Assembly: GCA_964414675.1 (NCBI GenBank)
Contig: CAYPYF010000007.1
Span: 1-58,457, forward strand
Direction of reading: 5' to 3'
Source of the DNA: an uncultured Dehalococcoidaceae bacterium
GTDB lineage: Bacteria; Chloroflexota; Dehalococcoidia; UBA2979
Length of the DNA stretch: 58,457 bases
Shown: in pieces, positions 26,482-36,000 of the stretch
Numbering within the stretch: position 1 is the stretch's first letter
Layout of the letters: each line of letters starts with the position of its first letter
The notes under the pieces: generated by a model
What the model was told of the DNA's origin: nothing
What the model saw: only the letters and a program-made list of their open reading frames with translations
The model's database searches: none
Program-made: the position numbers and the translations under genes

Positions 26482-26958
26482 TCAACTGCAATCTGCGCCG
26501 GTCGGCGTCGCGCCGCCCGGGATGGCTTCAAGCCGGGAGTCGGAGCACGCTCCGATGGTCCACTCTGCGTCGATGACCCCACCGGAGAGCAGAGCAAAGA
26601 TCCCGGGCAATGGCGTGATCGTTTGGTGCGTGTGTGTGATCTGGACGGCGACGCCGGCACCGCGGCCGACGTTGCCTTCTCCGTCAGCCTGGTACCTGAC
26701 CTCGACGTCCGCGCAATCGAGCAGGTTGTTGCTCGTGGCAAGCGTGCGAGACTGGATGGATCCGGCTGCGCAGCCGGCGTCGTAGTTGTTGGCTACCGCC
26801 GCGTAGCGAGCGCCCTCGGACGCCGCGTTGTTGATCGTGACCTGCGTGTACAGGGCGAACCCCAACTCGACGATCGCAAAGAGCATCAGGAGGAGAAAGG
26901 GCAGCATGAGCGTGAACTCGACCACGGCCTGCCCGCGGTCATCACGTACTCGCTTCAT
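26482..26958 (-). CDS. tadE: TadE-like minor pilin
   Basis: DRGQAVVEFTLMLPFLLLMLFAIVELG...NAASEGARYA. GAGGG RBS before ATG 26958. Confidence 0.92.
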   Translation of the reverse strand: MKRVRDDRGQAVVEFTLMLPFLLLMLFAIVELGFALYTQVTINNAASEGARYAAVANNYDAGCAAGSIQSRTLATSNNLLDCADVEVRYQADGEGNVGRGAGVAVQITHTHQTITPLPGIFALLSGGVIDAEWTIGACSDSRLEAIPGGATPTGADCS

Positions 26959-26984
26959 GCCGCCCTCTTCTCGGATGATTTCGG

Positions 26985-27173
26985 TTACTCGCCGAGCTTG
27001 GTGACGATCTTGCCAACGGCCGTCCCGACACCACCGGTGATGCCGGTGAGCTGGAACGCTCCGATGATTGCCACGACCAGAACGCCGAGAACAACGGCGT
27101 ACTCGACGGTGCCCTGGCCCTCTTCCGCCTCGAAACCCAGCTCGACGAGCTTGTTGTTGATCCAGTTCTTCAA
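26985..27173 (-). CDS. flp: Flp family type IVb major pilin
   Basis: AAGGAG RBS then TTG 27173. EEG|QGTVEYAVVLGVLVVAIIGA Flp processing motif, 62 aa. Confidence 0.92.
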   Translation of the reverse strand: MKNWINNKLVELGFEAEEGQGTVEYAVVLGVLVVAIIGAFQLTGITGGVGTAVGKIVTKLGE

Positions 27174-27451
27174 AGTGATCTCCTTCTGAATGCGGTTCGT
27201 TCTCTTGGTGGGAAGTCGGTCCGGTTCCGATGGTGCCCCGCGCCCCACCGGGCACGGCTCACGCCGGTCGCATGTCACGCTTGGGCGCTGGCGTCTCCCC
27301 TCGGCTCCCCGCTGCGTCACCGCCTCGGGAGGTCCTGCTTCTTGATGTGCTGAAACTACGGAGGGCGGCGTTAGGGCCACCGATCAGAGAGATCAGGAAA
27401 AAGAAGAAGAGCAATAGAGGAGATGCGAGCGGCTGGAGCCTGGACGACAGC

Positions 27452-27479
27452 GAAGGGGGCCGCGCATGCGGCCCCCTTC
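27452..27479. terminator. 12-bp inverted repeat, probable terminator
   Basis: GAAGGGGGCCGC-GCAT-GCGGCCCCCTTC, 34 nt past stop 27513. Confidence 0.7.
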
Positions 27480-27512
27480 ACCTGGAGGACTCGTCTGAGA
27501 CGAGTAGGCGAC

Positions 27513-28802
27513 CTACTGGCTGACGCTCACGGTCAAGCGCGCATCCCCAAAGCGGACCTCGTCCCCGTCCTCAAGGACGGCCCAGGTCATCGCCTCGCCA
27601 TTCACGAGGCAGCTGGCGTGCTGCTGGATGACGTGGAGCACCACCACGTCGTCCCTGAGCCAGGCCATGGCGTGCTCTAGCATCACCCCGTCCTGACGCA
27701 GTACGAGGTCGCAGCCGCCGTCTGAGCCGATGCGTAGCGGCAGTGTGCCCACGGGAACCTTCCGGTTCCCGGCGGGCGACTCCAGCACCAGCGCGGCCCT
27801 CACGGCGGGTGCCTCCGGGGCGGCTGTCGCGGTCGGAGCCGCCGTCGGTGACACCCCGGCGGCGGGGTCATCATCAGTGGGTGGCGCCTCGACGAGCGGC
27901 GCACCGACGGCGATCCGCTCGGTGACTTCGCGAAGCGGACTGCCGAGGCGATGGTCGACGTCGACCGACATCGACGTCGGGCCGTCCGAGCCGCTCCTCG
28001 CGGTAGACCAGCCGGCCTGGGCGGCGGCGCCGGCTGCCGAGCCGGCGCGGCGGGTGAGCGACGTCAGGACGCGGACGACGAACATGCCCAGCCCGATGAT
28101 GCCTCGACCACCGCCGCGCACCGTACGCGCGACCAGGCCGCCGACGCGACTGGTCCATCGGTCGGGGAGCGGAGCCCCCGACTCGCCCGTGGCGATCATG
28201 TCCAGCGCGCGGAGATATGCGGCGTCGAGCACCTCGAGGTCCTTGAGCGCCCGCGGATAGGTGCGGACGAGCAACAGGAGGCGCCCCACCTCCGACTGGT
28301 AGGCGCTCGTAACGTCCTCGACCGTCGCGTCGTCGCGCAGATGGAGCACGCGGAACGGGCTCATGCCGTTCACGATCTCCTGGTTCGCCCAGTGGGCGGC
28401 CAGCAGGAGGACGACGATCCCGAGGAGGCCGGAGCTCACGACGGCGATTGGGCCAAGACTCAGAGAGCCCCACATCGCGAGGCCGACGACGGGCACGAGC
28501 GCCACGACGACCAGGCTGCGCTGCCGCGCGCGTGACTCGTAGTCGGACATGCTGGGTTCCGCCTGCGCGATCCTGGAGCGGCGCTCTCGGTCGTACTCGG
28601 TGCGTCGTGCGTGGTCCGTGACGATCGCCAGGGCCTCGTTGAGCTCGGTGATCGCTGCGCGCGCCTCGGGATCTCCGGCGCGGTCGGCGTCGAGGTAGGC
28701 GTTCACACGGCGCCAGTACACGTCCTGTGCGAGCACGGCGCTGGCGCTGGCATCGATCCCCAGCAGTTCGTAGATGTCGCGGTCGCCGGTCAGAGCCGCC
28801 AT
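27513..28802 (-). CDS. Membrane protein with two HPD-less J-domain-like modules and a degenerate FHA domain
   Basis: DIYELLGI...AIVTDHARRTEYD, two TM helices, SPFRVLHL..DAT.EDV..AY, C-terminal LRIGSDGGCDLVL...EHA...VNG...LEDGDEVRFG. Confidence 0.72.
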   Translation of the reverse strand: MAALTGDRDIYELLGIDASASAVLAQDVYWRRVNAYLDADRAGDPEARAAITELNEALAIVTDHARRTEYDRERRSRIAQAEPSMSDYESRARQRSLVVVALVPVVGLAMWGSLSLGPIAVVSSGLLGIVVLLLAAHWANQEIVNGMSPFRVLHLRDDATVEDVTSAYQSEVGRLLLLVRTYPRALKDLEVLDAAYLRALDMIATGESGAPLPDRWTSRVGGLVARTVRGGGRGIIGLGMFVVRVLTSLTRRAGSAAGAAAQAGWSTARSGSDGPTSMSVDVDHRLGSPLREVTERIAVGAPLVEAPPTDDDPAAGVSPTAAPTATAAPEAPAVRAALVLESPAGNRKVPVGTLPLRIGSDGGCDLVLRQDGVMLEHAMAWLRDDVVVLHVIQQHASCLVNGEAMTWAVLEDGDEVRFGDARLTVSVSQ

Positions 28803-30721
28803 CAGGAGGCCTCCTCGTGTGATGCGGGGTTGTCCAGCCGGAGTAGCCACTGACCGATGCGGATCTCTTCGCCCGGCCGGAGGGTCAGCCACTGGTCGAT
28901 CAGGTCGTTCTCGTACGGCCGTGCACTCTTCGTGCCGAGGCCATGGATGTTCAGAGCACCGAGCGGTGTCAGGGAGACCCGGGCGTGCTGGGCGCGGACC
29001 CCACCACCATCGAGCACCACGTCGCAGTTCGCGGCGGAGCCAACAGTGAGCGGTCGCGGCCCGACGGCCACGATGCGCGCTTCACCACGCTCGTCGCTGA
29101 CAACGAGGCGCGCCGTGGACGACGCGGCGGACACGCGCTCGGCACCGGGGTCCGAGGCCGGGCGAGGCCGTGTGGAGGTGACCCGAACGGGGCCGGGCCG
29201 GAAGACGGGCTGCGCGGGTTGCTGCCGACGACGGCGGAGCAGCCACCAGCCACCGGCAAGCAACGCCAGGAGAAGCACCCCCAGCAGGAGGAGCACGGCG
29301 CTCGATCCGGCAGCGGTGGCCTCCGGGACCACCACCGGCTGCGACACGAGCGTTACGCCATCCGCCGCCTGTGCGATGAAGGTGAGCGTGAGGGCATCCT
29401 CCGCAGGGGTCACCGTCAGGGCGCCATCCTGGGAGCGGGCAACCTCGGCGCCGTCGACCATCGCGACCAGGGCGGGGGCCAGCGCGCCCTGCCAGCGGAG
29501 CGAAGCGGTGAAGGTACGGCTGCCCTCGCTCGCCGGCGAGACCGAGATCACCGGAAGCAGCTCGGCGATCGTGAGGGCCCGAGCGCCCTCGGCGACGACG
29601 GCGCCAGACTGCCTGGCCTCGATGCGGAGGATCCGGGGGCCCGGGTCGATCTCCCAGGGGTCAAGGAGCACCCGCCCGGCGGCGAGCGTCACGCCCTTGC
29701 TCCGCTCGCCATCCAGCGTCGCGGTCAGCGTCGCATCCGCGGGGACACCGTCCAGCGTCAGTTCGACCGGCTCGCCGGTCGCCGCCTCACTCGGGAGACC
29801 GATGACCAGGCTCGCCGGGGGGACCTCCAGCGTCAGCGAGGCCCTCACGACATCCTCGCCGATTCGGCCACGGACCTCCACGACGTGGGTGCTGGAGAGG
29901 CCCGGCGCGCGCACGCTCATCTCGAGGGTCGCGCCGAGGCGGCCGCCCAGTGACTCGAAGAGGGCGGAGAGGGAGGTCTCGTCGGGGACCTCGTAGGCGG
30001 TCCCGCCACTGGCGTCCGCCACCAGCCGCAGGAACTCCACGTCCGCGGTCGCGCCGAGGGCGAACGTGAAGACCTCGACACCGGAGGCAGAGACCGCGTT
30101 CAAGACCTCGGCCTGCGTAGCGGACGACACGCCGCTCTCCTCGCCGTCCGAGAGCAGGACCAGCACCGGCTGATCGGCGTCGGTGGACTGCACGGTCTGG
30201 AGCCCCAGGAGCACGGCGTCATGCAAGGCGGTGTCGCCAAAGGCGGCCAGCCCCGGCAGTACACCGAGGGACAGAGCGTGGTCCGAGGTCGGCGGGACCA
30301 GCACGGCCGGTGCATTCGAGAATGTGAGGACGCCCACCGAGTCGCCGTCCGCGAGCTTCTGGATCAGCGAGGCCGCTGCCTGTGATGCAGAGCTGATGGG
30401 AGCGCCCTCCATGCTGCCGCTGACATCGATCGCCAGCAGCACGCTGCGAGGCGCATCGCCCTCGGCGTCGGTCGGGACGACCGACCGCGGGACGTCATCG
30501 ACGAGGACGGTCAGGCCATCGATCGCCCGGTCGCGGGCGCCATCGGCACGGAGCTGCAGGTGCAGCGTCCCGGTCGCGTGGTCGAACTCGGCGCCGAGGA
30601 TCTCGAGCTCAGGCGGTGGCGTCTGCTGGGCCCAGGCGCCGGCCGGCAGCAGCGTCGAGAGGAGCAGCGTGGCAACGCCGGTCCAGAGAAACGTTCGAAG
30701 GCGCCTGGGCGGATTGAGCAT
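28802..30721 (-). CDS. Secreted vWA domain + Ig-like domains + TM + cytoplasmic degenerate FHA domain
   Basis: Signal peptide, MIDAS DVSGS / TALHDA / LLSDG, TM VLLLLGVLLLALLAGGWWLLRRRR, then LTVGSAANCDVVL...QHARV...LRPGEEIRIG. Confidence 0.85.
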   Translation of the reverse strand: MLNPPRRLRTFLWTGVATLLLSTLLPAGAWAQQTPPPELEILGAEFDHATGTLHLQLRADGARDRAIDGLTVLVDDVPRSVVPTDAEGDAPRSVLLAIDVSGSMEGAPISSASQAAASLIQKLADGDSVGVLTFSNAPAVLVPPTSDHALSLGVLPGLAAFGDTALHDAVLLGLQTVQSTDADQPVLVLLSDGEESGVSSATQAEVLNAVSASGVEVFTFALGATADVEFLRLVADASGGTAYEVPDETSLSALFESLGGRLGATLEMSVRAPGLSSTHVVEVRGRIGEDVVRASLTLEVPPASLVIGLPSEAATGEPVELTLDGVPADATLTATLDGERSKGVTLAAGRVLLDPWEIDPGPRILRIEARQSGAVVAEGARALTIAELLPVISVSPASEGSRTFTASLRWQGALAPALVAMVDGAEVARSQDGALTVTPAEDALTLTFIAQAADGVTLVSQPVVVPEATAAGSSAVLLLLGVLLLALLAGGWWLLRRRRQQPAQPVFRPGPVRVTSTRPRPASDPGAERVSAASSTARLVVSDERGEARIVAVGPRPLTVGSAANCDVVLDGGGVRAQHARVSLTPLGALNIHGLGTKSARPYENDLIDQWLTLRPGEEIRIGQWLLRLDNPASHEEAS

Positions 30722-30810
30722 CTACGACTTCCTGGCTGCCGCTCGTTCGCCGAGTCGGGCGCGAACCCTGTCTTACAGGGGTAATGGCGCAGGAAGCGGT
30801 GTGTGTTGCT

Positions 30811-31400
30811 CTAGCCGCCGTTCCCATTCCCATTCCCGTTCCCGTTGTTGCCTCCGCCGCCAGCGTTGCCATTCCCGTTCCCGCCGCCAGCGTTTCCGTT
30901 CCCGTTCCCACCGCCAGCGTTGCCGTTCCCGTTCCCACCGCCAGCGTTGCCGTTCCCGTTCCCACCGCCGGCGTTGCCGTTCCCATTCCCACCGCCGCCA
31001 TTGCCATTCCCAGGCGTCGGGGTGGGCGTCGGAGTGACGGTCGGAGTTGGCGTTGCCGTCGGGGTTGGCGTTGGCGTTGGCGTTGGCGTTGGCGTCACGG
31101 TCGGCGTGGGCGAGGGGACAAGCGGATTGCCGCCGTTGCCGTTCCCGTTGTTCCCGTTGCCGTTCCCGTTGTTCCCGTTGCCGTTCCCGTTGTTCCCGTT
31201 CCCGTTGTTCCCGTTCGCGTTCCCGTTTGCGTTCCCGTTGTTGCCGCTGTTCCCATTGCCGTTCCCGTTTGCGTTACCGTTGTTTCCGCTGTTCCCGTTG
31301 CCGTTCCCGTTACCGTTTGTGTTTCCGTTGTTGCCATTGTTCCCGTTGTTGCCATTGTTCCCGTTGTTGCCACTGTTCCCGTTGTTGCCGCCGGCGTTCG
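30811..31400. repeat. Low-complexity tandem repeats (27-nt GGGNGNGNA units, PT units, GN units)
   Basis: Repeated CCGCCAGCGTTGCCGTTCCCGTTCCCA, GGCGTT and GTTCCCGTT units. Confidence 0.9.
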
Positions 31401-32166
31401 AGTTGCCGCTCCCAGCGCCCGGGTTGCTCGGCGACGAGCCCGAAGGCGGCTCAGTCGTGGCTGTCGGGGTGGGAGTCGCACCTGGCCGCGCCGCCGGCTG
31501 GCCCTGATCCGGTGCGGAAGCGCCCGGTACGCCGTTGCCACCATTGCCGTTCGCTCCAGGATTGCCGCCCGTGCTGGGATTACCGTTCCCACCGGCGTTC
31601 CCGTTGCCGCCAGCGTTCCCGTTCCCGGCGGCGTTACCAGCACCGTTCCCACGGGCGTTGCCGTCCTCATCGGCGTTCCGCCCACCGCGCCCGCCCGGGG
31701 CACTCGAACGGTCCGTGGAGGGACCCTGCGCGATCGGCGCGACGACGGAGTTCCCCTCCTGCCCGCCCAGGTGGCCGGAGGTGTCGCCCTCGGGCCCGGT
31801 GAGCACCAACTGCACCGGGGCCGCAATCAGCCGGCCGAGGTGTGCCAGTGGAGTGAGGCCTGCCGCCTCCGCGACGAGCCCCCCGGATGCGAACAGGAAG
31901 ATGGCGCCGCCGGCCAGTACCGGCCGGACCGCCTGGGGGAAGCGCTGCACGAGGGTCGCGAGGGGCGAGCGAGTCTGCCGCGCCGGCACGGGCCGTACCT
32001 CAACCCGTACGGCCTCGGCACGGATCGTGTTCATGAAGCGCGACCGGGCGACGGCGACGTCGCCAGAGCTAGGATCGAGGTTCGACGAGTGGGTCTGGAA
32101 GAGACGGCCCAACTCGCGCTCGGTGCCGCTGTCGATGTCGCGCGGATGCCGAAGGAATTGCGTCAT
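30811..32166 (-). CDS. Putative membrane anti-sigma factor with Gly/Asn-rich and Pro/Thr-repeat extracytoplasmic tail
   Basis: ATGA overlap with the ECF sigma stop, ~80-aa cytoplasmic N-terminus, TM (VLAGGAIFLFASGGLVA), long GN and PT repeats. Confidence 0.75.
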   Translation of the reverse strand: MTQFLRHPRDIDSGTERELGRLFQTHSSNLDPSSGDVAVARSRFMNTIRAEAVRVEVRPVPARQTRSPLATLVQRFPQAVRPVLAGGAIFLFASGGLVAEAAGLTPLAHLGRLIAAPVQLVLTGPEGDTSGHLGGQEGNSVVAPIAQGPSTDRSSAPGGRGGRNADEDGNARGNGAGNAAGNGNAGGNGNAGGNGNPSTGGNPGANGNGGNGVPGASAPDQGQPAARPGATPTPTATTEPPSGSSPSNPGAGSGNSNAGGNNGNSGNNGNNGNNGNNGNNGNTNGNGNGNGNSGNNGNANGNGNGNSGNNGNANGNANGNNGNGNNGNGNGNNGNGNGNNGNGNGGNPLVPSPTPTVTPTPTPTPTPTPTATPTPTVTPTPTPTPGNGNGGGGNGNGNAGGGNGNGNAGGGNGNGNAGGGNGNGNAGGGNGNGNAGGGGNNGNGNGNGNGG

Positions 32167-32780
32167 TTCCACTTGGCCTCTCCCAATCGGGTGGTAAAGC
32201 CTGCCGGGTCAGCACCTCGCAGGGGTTGGCGCGTCACCACGCCCTCCTCGCCCCTCAACGACTCCTCACGGAATGCCTTCACGGCCCGGAAGAGGAGTGA
32301 TCGATAGGCGCCGTGGGACTTGCCCATGGCTTCCGCGGCCTCGACACCGGAAAGGCCGACGATGAATCGGAGTTCGAGCGCGGTCTGGTACTCGCGGGGC
32401 AGTGCCTCCAGCAGTTCACGGATCTCGATCGCGATGAACTCATCGCGGACGGCAGGTTCCGCCTCGAGGTCTGCATCCGTGATGTCGACCTTCCGGGAGC
32501 GGTAGAACGAGGCCAGCTGGTGACGGGCGATCCCGAACAGCCATGCCTCGAACGGCTTCCCCTGCCAGCGGAAGTTCTGAATCGAACGGAACGCTTCCAG
32601 GAAGACATTGGACGCGAGGTCCTCGGCCTGCTCCGCGCTGCTCAAGCGAGCGCGAAAGAAGCGATAGAGCCGCGCGTAATGGAGGTCGAACAATGTCTCC
32701 CACGCAGATTCGTCCCCAGCGCGCGCAGCAGCAATCACCCCTTCGGGTGTGCTTACACCTTGTTTGTCAGTCTTTGGCAT
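32163..32780 (-). CDS. ECF sigma-70 factor
   Basis: AEDLASNVFLEAF...FRWQGKPFEAWLFGIARHQL, region 4 ALELRFIVGLSGVEAAEAMGKSHGAYRSLLFRA. Start at 32780 or 32801. Confidence 0.92.
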   Translation of the reverse strand: MPKTDKQGVSTPEGVIAAARAGDESAWETLFDLHYARLYRFFRARLSSAEQAEDLASNVFLEAFRSIQNFRWQGKPFEAWLFGIARHQLASFYRSRKVDITDADLEAEPAVRDEFIAIEIRELLEALPREYQTALELRFIVGLSGVEAAEAMGKSHGAYRSLLFRAVKAFREESLRGEEGVVTRQPLRGADPAGFTTRLGEAKWK

Positions 32781-32936
32781 GACCCCGCCCGGATTTGCCA
32801 TTGTGTTCTGGCACCGGGATCAAGGGCGCTCGCGCCCAATTGATGTTTCCGCCGCCCGGCCCATGACGGGAGATGCCCGCCCGGGGCATCAGAGATCATC
32901 GACCGGCACGCATCGTACGTAAGTGGTGGTACGGAA

Positions 32937-32968
32937 TTCGTAAGAAGGTTCGTAGATTCATAAGAAGG
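32937..32968. promoter_or_regulatory. 12-bp direct repeat, candidate transcription-factor site upstream of the ECF sigma gene
   Basis: TTCGTAAGAAGG at 32937 and TTCATAAGAAGG at 32957, with a third CGTAAG at 32918. Confidence 0.55.
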
Positions 32969-33013
32969 AAGGCGGGGGTGCGAGGGATAGGACAGTTGAG
33001 TGCGAGTTAACGA

Positions 33014-33049
33014 GACAGAAGGGCACCCCTCTCGGGGTGCCCTTTTGTC
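33014..33049. terminator. Intrinsic terminator-like hairpin
   Basis: GACAGAAGGGCACCCC-TCTC-GGGGTGCCCTTTTGTC, 20 nt past stop 33069. Confidence 0.8.
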
Positions 33050-33068
33050 GGCATCGAGCCGGACGAGG

Positions 33069-36000
33069 CTAGCGGAACCGCTCGCGGTTCCATGCGACCG
33101 CGCCGACGCTCCCCAGTGACACAGCACCGAAGAGGACCGCGAGAATCAGCAAGCTGTTTCTCGAATCCTGCGTCGAACCGTCGCCGGTCGGCGGGAGTTG
33201 GACACCGATGATCTCGATAATCTCGACGTCATCCGCCGCAGGACCGATCTGCGCCGGAGCACCCGGGCCATCGCCATCGAGGTCCAGGGTGGCCGTCACC
33301 TCGTTGACCGTGCGGTCCGGCAGGGTCGACTTCAGCGCCCTGAACACGAGGTTGTATTCGACCACCTCGGTCCCGGGGGCGTCCGCCGTGCCCGGTGAAA
33401 CCGTACCGACCTCACAGCCGACGCTGGAGTGAGCGGCGTCCGGGAAGTTCGCCACCAGTGTGCAGAGTCCGGACGAGCTCACAAACTCCAGGTACTCGTT
33501 CTCGAACGTGTCCACCAGGACCACCTGGGTGACGTCCGTGTCACCGGTGATCGTGAGCCGTACGCGGAACGTCACCTGCTCACCCACCACGGCCGGATCG
33601 GCAGAGGTCAGGACCTTGTCGATCTGCGCTGTCGAGCCGAGCACCTCGACCGGAGGGGTCGGGGTCGGCGTCGGGGTGGGAGTTGGCCCAGGTGGGGGCG
33701 GAGGCGGAGGCGGCGTCGCCGTAATGGTCACGGTTGCCGTCGCGTCCGCACTCACCGGCTGCTCGTTGTCCATCGAGTAACCGTCCGCCGTGACGACGTT
33801 CACGTGGGTGGTACCCGCGGAACCCGACACGTTGCCCGTGAAGGCACAGTTGTACGACTCACCGGGGTCAAGCGTCTGGTCGACAGAGCACGTGCCCTTC
33901 CCGTCCAGGTCGCCAAACTTGTCGTCCACCAGCGAGGTGATGACGACGGTGTCCACATCCGACGTGTTGGTGATGACCACCGTGTAAGTGACGTTGGCAC
34001 CTGGCGCCGTCACAGAGGACGGGCTCGGGGTCTTCGTCATGGTGATCGTGGCCGGCACGTCCGTGTAGGTCACGGTCGCGTCGTCATCGTCGGAGGCTTC
34101 GTTGCCGTCGATGTCCTCGACGGTGGCCGTGAAGACGTTGACGTGCGTGTCACCAGGCAAGCCCGCCGGGATGGCGAACGTTGCCTCGAAGCCACACGAA
34201 GCGCCAACACCGAGCACCGTGCCGACTTCACAGTCGGCGTCGCCCACGAGCGCGCCAAACGTGTCGTCGACCAGGCTGATGATCTCAGCCGAGACCGTGC
34301 CCGAGTTCGTCACCGTGAACGTGAAGGTCACGTCATCGCCGGACTGCACCACCGTGTTCGGGTTGGCGCTCTTCGACACCGTCACCTGCGGAAGGACATC
34401 CGTGTAGGTGACGACGGCGTCGTCACTGTCCGAGACCTCGTTCTGGTCGGCATCGACCGCCGTCGCCGTGAACGTGTTCACGTGCGATCCCCCCGCAACG
34501 CCGGCCGGAACCGGGAGCAACGGGAGGTAGGAGCAACTCGCGCCGGGGCTCAGGACCGTACCCGGCTGGCAGAGGCCAGACCCCACAGCACCGAACTTGT
34601 CGTCCTCCATGGTCAGGATCGTGACCGTCTTGTTCCCCGTGTTGGCGACGGTGAACGTGAAGGTCACGTTGCCACCGGTCTCCGCGACGGAGGTCGGGTT
34701 CGCGGTCTTGGTGACCGTGATGGCCGGCAGGACGTTCGAGTACGACACTTCCGCGTCGTCCGTGTCAGAGTCCTCGTTCTGATCGCCGTCGGTCAGCGTC
34801 GCGGTAAACACGTTGACGTGTGAACCGTCGACCGGTCCGGCCGGGACCGCGAAGACCGCGGCGAACTGGCAGGACGCACCGGCAGCCAGCACCGTCCCGA
34901 CGTGGCAGTCCGCGTCACCCGCGAGGGCGCCGAACTTGTCATCGGTCAGGAGCGTGATAGTCGCAGAGACATCGCCGTTGTTCTCCACCACGTAGGTGAA
35001 GGTCACGTCGCCGCCGGTCTGCGGGATGGACGTCGGGTTCGCCGTCTTGGTGACGTTCACCATCGGCGGGACGTCCGTGTAGGTCACCGTCTCCTCGGCG
35101 GAGTCGGAGTCCTCGTTGCCGTCGTCGTCCTCAACGGTCGCGGTGAACACGTTCACGTGCGACTGGCCGAGGCTCCCTGAGGGGATCGCGACCGTCTCCT
35201 CGAAGGCGCAGGACGCGCCTGCCGCGAGCACGGTGCCGACCTCGCAGCCGGCGTCGCCTGAGAGCGTGCCGAGCTTGTCGTCTTGGAGCGAGATGATCGT
35301 AGCCGGGACAGTGCCGGTGTTCGTCACCGTGAAGGTGAACGTCACGTCGCCGCCGGTCTCCAGTACCTCGTCCGGGCTCGCGACCTTCGTGACGCTCACC
35401 TCGGGCAGGATGTCCGTGTAGGTGACCGTCGCGTCGTCGGTGTCGGAGGCCGGGTTCTCCTGGTCATCCTCAACCGTTGCTGTGAACACGTTGGTGTGCG
35501 TCGCGCCCGGGGCTGCAGGAGCCAGCGGGAACGTCGCGTCGAATTCACAGGATGCACCGGCCGCTAGGCTGGTACCCACGGCGCAGTCAGCGTCACCCGC
35601 GAGGGCGCCGAACTGGTCATCGTCGAGTCCGGTGATCTCGACCGGCACGCCGCCGCTGTTCGTCACGACGAACGTGTAGGTGACGTTCCCACCGGTCTGC
35701 GGCACGGTGGCCGAACCGGCGGTCTTGGTCACGGTCACCGCGGGAAGCTCGTCCACCACGTTGGTGATCGTGCAGTCGATGTGCTCGAAGGGGCCTGCGG
35801 TCACCTGGAATGAGGCACCGTCGCCGGAGGTGCCGTCAGAACACGACCAGCTGGCCGTGAACTCGAGGCCCTGGACGGAGGTCTCCGTGACCGTCACCGG
35901 CGTGTTCGGGTTGATCTGGACATCTGTCGTGGTCTGACCGTGGCCGATGACCTCCGAGGTGAAGTTGTCCACGTTCGGGGTGATCGAGATCTCCCACGTG

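Noticed and set aside
27180-27420. flp leader as a c-di-GMP, SAM or cobalamin riboswitch
   Set aside because: Only fragments match (ATCAAGA, GGGGAG) and the required consensus elements are absent. Only the similarity to 7316..7360 is reported.
28805-28816. AGGAGGCCTCCT palindrome covering the RBS of the J/FHA gene
   Set aside because: It is too short to form a stable looped hairpin and is explained by the Glu-Ala-Ser codons at the end of the upstream gene.
30811-31400. Regular short repeats as a CRISPR array
   Set aside because: There are no unique spacers and no cas genes. The repeats are codon-level Gly/Asn and Pro/Thr units within a CDS.
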